A stretch of 51,814 bases of DNA, filler included, from Basidioascus undulatus (lineage: Eukaryota): NCBI GenBank assembly GCA_000826855.1. It is 3 parts of 3 records of this genome, joined end to end, with 100 filler letters (N's around TTAATTAATTAA, not from the genome) between each part and the next. Parts side by side here need not be neighbours in the genome. Positions count along the whole stretch, not along the records: positions 34,639 to 51,814 come from JTLS01000546.1; 2 more parts are not named here. The stretch is one strand, 5' to 3'. A program made the translations under genes and the position numbers. Below, in pieces: positions 43,701 through 51,814 of this stretch (the first letter of the stretch is position 1; each line of letters begins with the position of its first letter). Under the pieces are notes generated by a model. It was not told where the DNA came from. It was given only the letters and a program-made list of their open reading frames with translations, and searched no databases.

Positions 43701-45183
43701 GGTAATGGTATCGGCACGGACCAGCTGTACAAGGTGAGCTCTCCCATCCAAACAGATCCATGTGGCATACAAAGAGACAGTGTAGCTGATTCCTCACATT
43801 ATATCAGATGCTTGCGGGCGTCATCGACCCCGGCAAACCGGTTGCGAACCTCTACGTGAGAGTATCAGTTTTCATGTCCTTGTTGCGACTCACTCATGCG
43901 CTTAACAACAGTTCTACATCTTCAGCCACTAGGCCGTCATGCAGTGCATTCAGATGTCCGGAGATAACAAGGTCAGCTTGCTTCGAACCCCCCAAACTGG
44001 TGGGCTTCGTGACGCTGAATCTTCCTCAATGCGGCGCCAAGATGGGACAATACCTCAAGATCCCGCCCCGCGTGCTGTTCTCGGCGAAGCTCTGGGGTGC
44101 CCTTCTGGGTGCAGCCATCAACTTCGGTGAGCTCGACTCTCCAGGATTTCCTCCCAAGCGGGTGCAGCGGCTTGTCATTGACCACTGTTCCGCCGTAACA
44201 ATGAACGCAGCGGTCATGGTGTCCATTACCAGCGCCCAGCGCCACATCCTCGTCCAGACTACGGGCACGCAAACCTGGTCAGGGGGCCACGGTGCAGGTA
44301 TTTCGATCCAATCGAGTCTTGCGCTCTGAGGGCTAGCATTGCTGACGTTCAAACTCAGTCACTCAATTCATCGGCGGTTACTTGGGCCCTCGCCAAGGAC
44401 CTTTACGGGCGCCATGGCCAATACTGGTATGCCTTACTTCCCTCAAGTGGATTGAAGTATAGGCCGCAACATTATGTCGCTCAACGTTTTTTCACAGGCT
44501 CATCCCGGTCGGCATCGCCCTCGGAGTCATTCCAACTGCCATCCAGTACTTGATCAAGCGGGTGCGTGACCTGCTTGGCAAGATTTGTCTCGTTTTAAGC
44601 TGATTTAAATCAACGTATCCAGCGTTGGCCCAAGGTTCAAGTCGACTACATCATCCTGCCGGTTGTCTAAATGGTGAGCTGCGATGCGCCATGTTCCTTG
44701 GAGATTTGATCCTGAATATCACTTTTCCAAGTATTCGCGCTGGCTCATCAGCGGTGTGAACTCCATCATCTTCTCCACGGTGATCGTCGGCGTCATCACC
44801 CAAGGTTACCTGCGAAGGCAGCATCCACGGTAACTCTCCACAGGTCCTTTCAGTTCACATCGATAGACGACTGACGCACAGCCCTTCTGCAGCTGGTTCC
44901 GGAAGTACAACTACGTGAGTCTTCACACAAGTCTTCTTGTACTCGAAACTCATTCTTTTGTCCAGCATACAGCTGCTGGGTGGTGCACTGGACGGAGGCA
45001 CGCAACTTATCGTCTTCATCCTCGCATTTGCGGTCGCGAGCGCTGCTGGAAAGGAGCGTGCCTTCCCAAAAGTCAGTGGCATCACAGCCTCTCTCAATCC
45101 CTGTAGGGTCGGTGCTCTGACACGTCATACCTCTCAAACAGTGGGCGGGGAATCCCAAAGGTCATGCCGATCACTGCCTGTAG
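40769..45183 (+). pseudogene. OPT-family oligopeptide transporter with multiple lesions, very intron-rich
   Basis: NGEPVISTGRDVSEFAVDDRDDGD..SFRSFVLG, FVNPGPFGLKEHAVATIIA, FGGTSGNEGLGLLSLSFDW, YKEAPWWWY, PGKPVANLYF, KMGQYLKIPPR, WFRKYNY..GGALDGG, WAGNP..ADHC*. In-frame stops at 43930-43932 (TAG) and 44668-44670 (TAA); frameshifts at ~40845 and ~41435. Confidence 0.88.
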
Positions 45184-45902
45184 AGTGGTGCCAAGGCCAA
45201 GGAAGCGGGAAACCATTGTTTACAGTACTCGTAGAGGGTCTGTTGGCGCCGCCGGCCTGAGGTTGATGTTGAGAATATCCGTACAGTTTTCGGGTTTCGA
45301 TTACGCTATGAAATGACCAATACACATCGATTGCGGGAATTGCGCGGTCAAGTTCCGGCAGCGTGCTCAGGCGAGGCCGACACTCAAGAATTACTGCTTC
45401 GTTAGCGTGTTGCCCGTGGCCGAAGTGATGGTGATTGGGACAAGACTCAGAATGCAGCACTCCACCTTTAATGTATCCACTAAAGAGCGTAATGGTTGTT
45501 TTTTGCATGATGACTGGGGGACATGGCCCGAGAAAGTAATTTCCAGCCTGCGACGTCCGGGCACCTGTTCTGATGTCCTTGTTCCTCCATTCCAAGCAAG
45601 AGCAAACCGATATCTCCCAAGAACCATTTCAGTGTAAAGGGAATCCTTGCAGTCTGCACAATTAGAGTACTGAGGGATGGCAAGCATATTTACGGGCACG
45701 GACAGTAGCCCATGGAAACAAGACACATCATGAAAGCAGTGTGGCACACGGCATGACAGGCGTTTGATCGATCGGTAGAGTGAGCAAGAAGAAGGACTCG
45801 ATATGCATCGCAAAGGATACAACAGCCAGACACAAGAAAAACTAAGAGACTTTATCCGGCCCGGGCTACCAAATCATCCCCAGCCCTATTGAAAACCCAC
45901 CT

Positions 45903-47132
45903 TTACGCCACGGCCGGCCCAAGCATCTCCTTGGCGAACAGCTCCGGCGTCGAGAACTTCACCCGGAGTTCGACGAGCTCAGGCGAGGGCTGCGGCTTCC
46001 CCTCGTAGATGTCGAACTCGGAGTGGAACTGCGTGAGCTCCTGTAGCTGCGCCTTCATGTCGGGCGGGATGGACGGCGGCACGGGCATGTCGCTCGACTT
46101 GACCTCGCGGACGGTGACGGGCATGCCAAGCTCTGCGGAGGGAGTGGGTAAACGGTTGAGGGAACCACAGAAGGAGGTAAAAAAAAATTGGCGTACCCTT
46201 CTCAAACGCCTTGCCGAGGTCATTGCTGCACATGCGGAAGCCGTTGGGGTAGACTGCGAGGACACTGGCTGTTGTCAGCCGCAGGCCTGACACTTGGTCA
46301 GAAAAGTGTCATTCAATCAGGTACGTACGCGTCTTCCCCACCAGTTCCGGCTTGAGGACCAAGCCCGAACCTTCTCTCTCGATCATCTTGAAAGAAGTGA
46401 GGTTCTCGAGGAACTTTGGTAGGGAGCGTCAGCTTTGGTCTTGAAAGAGCGGAGGATGGGTGACGGACCCAGCCAGTGTGAAGAGCGATGTGCGGAACGC
46501 CCTACGACTTGAGGTACGCTTCAACGTCGGCCTTGTCTACGGGGATGGGTTTATGTTTATGCAAGTAGTCAGGGGGTTCAGGGGGGAAAGAGGGACGAAC
46601 CTTCGTGCGTAGCGAGCTTCACGTACTTCCCGCCCGAGATCTTCTTCGCGGACGGCAACGAGCTGCAAAAGCAATGGCACGGAAGCGTCAGCCAAACCAG
46701 CTGGAAGAGAAAACAAGGCAATCGAAGCACCTGTAGCTGACGAGCTCGGCAGCCTTGGCCTTAGCGGCGTCGGTGATGTTGCGGCCCTGGACGACCTCGT
46801 CGCCCGGCGCACCGCCGAGCGTAACAGCGAAGACCGCCTCACAGCCTGTCGATCTGATTCATTCTAGATGTCAGAACGGCTCGACTTGGAAAACATCCTC
46901 ACGAAAGGTATAACGCACCCTCGAAAGCCTTCTCAAGGCTCGCCCTGTCCTTGAGGTCGCCCTTGACGACCTTGCAGCCCAGCTTCTCGACAGCCTGCGC
47001 CTTGTCTGGCGACGGGTTGCGCGTGACGGCGCGAACGTCGAATTTGCCCGAAGCGATGAGGGCCTTGATTACCCAGGCGCCTTGAGTGCCGGTGGAGCCG
47101 AGGACGGCGACGGTACGGTTGGTGGGGTACAT
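45903..47132 (-). pseudogene. NmrA-like NAD(P)-binding Rossmann protein with a premature stop
   Basis: VAVLGSTGTQGAWV...VRAVTRNP...VVKGDLKDRASLEKAFEG, EVVQGRNITDAAK, SSLPS..KISGGKY, then DKADVEAYLKS*GVP with TAG at 46502-46504. The middle of the protein looks shortened. Confidence 0.8.
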
Positions 47133-49344
47133 GCTGGTGGGTGCGAAGCTGCGCTGAGGACTGGCACCGTGTCAGTACTCAGCTGCAAGACTCGGAAGGC
47201 CGGGGAATGGACTGACTGGAACTTTGAGAGCTATGGAGGTTAGAAAATTGGAGTGATGATGGAGAAGCTGAGGGCTGAGCGAAAGAGAGCAGCGCATGGA
47301 AACTGCATTCGCAGGCTCGGGCTTCGCAACGGAGTCCGAAGCGGCACGCAGCGTCATGTGAAATCTGGGCTTGACCGTAAAGGAGGTACCCCCGGCTTCT
47401 ACATCAAAAGGGTTTATTGCACCCAGCCTCACGCGTAGTCGCAACGGAGAATATAACGAGTGATTGTCCACAAGTTCAACGTTCAACGGTTCGGTCGAAG
47501 ACCGCGAGAAACCGTTGCGACAGAGCTTGTGTAAAGGCCCTGCGCCTGTACGATTTTCATCTCAAGAAAGTGTAACACTGAAAGATGGTCAGTTTTCTTC
47601 CAACTGTATTCAGACGTTGGGCCATGCTTCGTCTGCAGTGGGCCTGAGCGACGGTCGGACTGTGGCACTTGATGATACACAGTACTGTAGCTTTGACCAA
47701 ATACTGCGTTGGACTTTAAGCTAACCCGAAGGATCACAACCAAGATCTAGCTAAACTTTTGGGGCTCAAGTTAGGGTTAGAATGATTGGAACGCAGCGCA
47801 CTGCTCACTGAGTCTTCCACGAGACCACTCTGCCTTAAGGCCAAGCCTTCCAGAGAAATCAGCTTCTCGATATCAAAAATAAGACATACGCAGACCCAGA
47901 GATATGGGAGGGTTGCGGCAGGCTGTAAGAGCGCGGGGAATCGAAGAAGTAGACTTCTCGTCGGAACTGGGATCAGGGTGTCTTGCTCGATAGTCCACCC
48001 GAACGAGATCATGTTCGAATCTACCTATGGCTGGCCTCCAGGTCAGGAAGACCTAAATGCTTTAAATTATGAGTATTTTCTGGATAGGGGGTCGTATATT
48101 TCATCTAGGCAGCATCCACTGGCTTGGACTGGGATGCAACAACATGGCCGGATGGAACAACTTCGACGTCGGGATTTCAACGGCCCGGATAACGGCCGCT
48201 ACTCCTGTCTCATCTGCATTTATACCAATACACTGCCTATACATGGACCTAGGTTAATTTGCGAGGGCGAGGTCAAAATTTTCAAGGTCTTGATGGTACC
48301 TGCTCGTCGAGGAGGCACCCGAGAAGCCGGCCCTGGAGTCCCGCAGGACCTGCATACATATAGAGGGTTGTGAGCAAGCCACGAAGATGCACGCTGCTCA
48401 GAAGACGACGGAAGACCAGCCGGGGCAACGTGTATACTGTGGATATTGACAGGGGGTCGAGGCGAGCGGGTGTTTGAGGGTCGCTGGGGAGTTTCAATCA
48501 ATCGGTGACGGTGAAAGGGTTTCAGGTATACATTGTCGGCATGAATTTTAGAAATCGGGCTGAAGACTGGAGGTGATCAGCCTCTTTTAATCAATCAGCA
48601 GAAGGGACGTACAGAGTTCAAGAGACAGGGCACGAAAAAGACATGCTCGCCCCCACAGACGCGTCTCTGATGTCCTTCGCGCCAGGCAGGGCGGGCCGAC
48701 GGAAATTGCACATTGAGAGGACCGCATGGAACTACAAGACGTCGCAGGACGGGCGGCGGGCGGTGAGACCTGTGAATTTGCCGGTCTTCGCGTAGCATGC
48801 ATGCATGAGCTGGCCAGCTTGTACACAGCGCAGTGTGCATGCAAATACTTCCAAAAATGCAGTACCTAAAGGCAGCAGTTTCTCGAAATAGGCTGGGTAC
48901 GGAAATTGGGCAGTAACTTTGGTGGATCGCGGCGACATCTGAGAGCCGGCGCGAAGAGTCACTGCGACCGGTGCGCTTGCTCCCTGTCCGCCGCCCTTGT
49001 GTTCGCTCTCCTGGCCGTTCTCTCCCGCACTCTCACCATTGGCATCGGCGCCGCCGCCGTTCTCATCGACGTCTACACCTTGTCTACACCCAGCGGAATT
49101 GCGGCTGCGATAGGAACCGCTGCGCAAGCGCCAGACACAGGGCCACTTACAGGGGCGCGAGTAGAGCGCTCTATAGCCTGCCGGTCGTGCGCCGAGTCGC
49201 TGCCTTTCCTTGGCCGAGCTCGTCTGGCTCACTATTGCACCCCACCCCTTGCCTTGCTCCTCGCCATACTTGCCAGGCCAGATCATCCATTCGGCTATTC
49301 TCGGCCGCGCCATCGTCCCAGGCGCCCCCGAACCGCTACGCCGG

Positions 49345-51814
49345 ATGCCCCTGCCCCAGTCGCCCCCGCCCCAGGCGCGGCCGGGCGGGATGGGCCTGCG
49401 CATCGCCAACCTCTCCGAGCCGGAGCTCCGGCAGGAGGAGTTCATGCACTACACCATGCGCCCCATCGCGGGCCCCAGCGGACACAGCCGGAGAGTGAGC
49501 GAACCCCAGGTGCGTTGCTCGCCGCGATCTGCATCGATCCTCCGGGTGAGGCGGAACTGATCGGTAGCGAGAATCAGCCCCAGCTGTCCCCGCCGTTACC
49601 CACGACCGTCCCACCGCCGTCCTATTCCCCTGCACAACCATCCTCCGCCGCGCAATACCGCGCGTCGCCCCCACAGCCGCCGCCGCAAGCGCAGACGCGC
49701 ATCTTGATGGTCTCGTCCGAGGGCCCGTGGAAGGCGGTCGACGTGAGCGACGTGACGTCCGTTCCAGCAGCCAGGGACAGGGTTGTCAAGGCCGTACGTC
49801 TATTGTCGTCTTCCTGTCGGGTGGGATACGGGCCTTTTGGAATGGTTTACTTATCACGGCGGGTGGACTTACAGCTCGGCTATCAAGACCGATTGGCGAC
49901 GCTGCACCTGACCGACGTCCTCATGCGACACGTCTCCCCTGCTCCTCTCACCGACGCCGAATTCGCCTCCCTCCTCCGAAACCCCTCCCAACACGCCGGC
50001 CCTGACGCCGTCCTCGGCCATGTCCTCGTCAAGGCCGCACAAATCCGCCCCTCCTCTTCCTCTCCTCCCGCTACCATGCTTCCGCCCGGCGCTGCGTCGC
50101 CCGCTCGACACCCTTTGCACACCCGCTCGCGCACGTCCTACGACTCTCCTCCAGACCACAGCCTTCGCATTTCCCACTCCGGCACCGAGGGCGTCGGGCT
50201 CGCGTTGCTCAACGCCTCCGCGCCGTCGCCGCCCGAGCTCGACGCAGCCGCGCGATGGCGGCTGGAGCAGGAGCAGCTCGAGGCTGAGCGGGAGGTCCGC
50301 CGCCGGCTGGAGCAAGAGCAGCGAGACCATGAGCTCGCGCAGCGGCTGCAGCAGGACGAAGACGCCGCGGATGAGAGGGCTCGGCGACAGCGCGAGCGCG
50401 AGCAGCGGCAATGGGCGGAGCTAATCGCAAGCGAGCGAGAGGCCGCTCTTGGGAGGGAGGCGTGGGAGCGGGAACGGGAGGATCGGCAGCGGAGGGAGGT
50501 GCAGGCGCAAGCACAGGCTCAGGCCCAGGCGCAAGCGCATGCGCAAGCGGAGAGGGACAGGGAAAGGCAGTGGGAGATCGAGAGCAGGCGTGGATGGGCC
50601 AGCGTCGAGGGCGGCGGCAGGCAGGGCGGCATCCCGCACGTCTCTGAGGGTCCCCCGGCACCCCGGACGTCCAACACCGCCGCGTATGCAGGCGACTTTG
50701 GACCGGTCGCGCACCACCCTCATCAACCTCAGCCCCGCTCGACATACCCTATCGCCCCGCCCTCCTCCTCCGCCGCCGCCGCCACGTACCATCCCTCGCG
50801 TCATCCCTCCTTCTCGTCCAGCACCGCTCCTTCAACGCGCGTCCAGCACCGCCCGCTTCCCCACCCTTCCGCTCCTGCCTATGTCCAGCCCCAGCCCGCG
50901 CCACCGCCGCCGCCGCCACAACAGCCTCCGCCCCCGCATCGCCCGCCGATGGTCACGCATGCGCGCAGCATGGGCAGCCTCCACGAGGGATACCGCGCAG
51001 GGGTGCCGCCTGCCGGGTACGCGCGCCCGCCGCCCCTGCCGCCCCAGCCACAACAGCTGTCGCCCGTGCAATCTCGAGCTCCGGCGGGGGCGTTTTCGCC
51101 TGCTATAGCCTCGCCGCATATGTTCGGGTCCGGTTCCTCCGCCCACTCCCCACCACTCGCAGGGCAGCCTCCTTACCCGCACTCCCAGCCGGCCTCCACG
51201 ACGTCCCCCTCGTTCCCCGTGCCGCACCACCACCCCCTCGCGCCACTGCAGATCTCCAACTCCCCCTACAACACCCTCCGCCCGCCGCACCCGCAACGGC
51301 GGCCGTCGCACGAGCGCCCGCTCACGTACGCAGAAGGCGACGTCTCCTCCATCGCGTACCGCCGTCCGAGCTCGACCGACCCGAACAGGCCCAGGAGCAT
51401 GCACGCGTCGCCGAGCCCGTCGAGCGCAGACGTCAACTTTGGCCTTCACCAGCAGCAGTTTCGCGGTGCATTCGCCGCGACGCCCCAGAACAAGTCTCCG
51501 CCCGGCTTCGCGCACATGCAGGTGAACGGCTTCGACCTTCGCCCGGGGCAGCACTTCAGCTCCGCGACGCCGCGCTCGGGCGCGAGCCCCGTCTCCCCCG
51601 CGCAGCAGAGGCAGACGAGCCCGCCGCTGCCCGACTCGCGGAACGGGCGCACACGGAGCGTCGAGCGGCGGCCCGTCCAGGCGAGCTCCAGCAACGGCTG
51701 GCACGACCCGCGTATGCCTCCAAGCCTGCAGCCCCAGTCCTTCGCATCGTCGTCGTCGTCGACCCGGCCACCGGCACTCGACCCGCAGCCTTCCCCAGGC
51801 CTGTCCGCCTCCCC
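49345..51814 (+). CDS. 5' part of a large signalling protein, probably a BCK1-like MAPKKK (kinase domain would lie beyond the window)
   Basis: Exons encode ILMVSSEGPWKAVDVSDVTSVPAARDRVVKA/LGYQ...LHLTD...PLTDAEF, resembling the N-terminal domain of basidiomycete Bck1-type kinases. A ~1.9 kb stop-free exon follows (charged coiled coil, (QA)n, Pro-rich) and runs off the window. No kinase motifs are visible, so the identity is tentative. Confidence 0.5.

Noticed and set aside
20550..47132. Secondary-metabolite gene cluster (TF, GMC, SnoaL pair, transporter, NmrA)
   Set aside because: No backbone enzyme (PKS, NRPS or terpene synthase). The genes are dispersed among housekeeping genes and split by an assembly gap.
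47786..48373. 195-aa plus-strand ORF
   Set aside because: Non-ATG start, codon usage unlike the real genes here and no domain recognised.

Overview
GC-rich, intron-dense fungal DNA, basidiomycete-like (short GT-AG introns with CTRAC-type branch sites; possibly a Pucciniomycotina/Microbotryomycetes yeast, which is inference). It consists of three assembled segments joined by artificial N(44)-TTAATTAATTAA-N(44) spacers. Core genes that I could read through without lesions are prephenate dehydratase (PHA2), a type IIC Na+/K+-ATPase-like P-type pump, XRN1, ERV2, an F-BAR/SH3 (Cdc15/Hof1-like) protein, the 5' part of a probable BCK1-like MAPKKK and the 3' part of a SET-domain gene. A MER3/HFM1 meiotic helicase is present but lacks its N-terminal RecA1 domain within the contiguous sequence. 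Most accessory genes carry frameshifts, stops or truncation: a cell-surface single-TM protein, a Zn2Cys6 transcription factor, a GMC oxidoreductase remnant, a secreted protein, an OPT transporter, an NmrA-like protein and one hypothetical. This points to selective, ongoing gene decay. Other items are a cryptic degenerate ~160-bp tandem array upstream of XRN1, a tandem SnoaL/NTF2-like pair and micro-exons. I found no rRNA, tRNA or CRISPR features and no convincing new multi-gene system. Exon boundaries were inferred by eye and coordinates of degenerate features are approximate.
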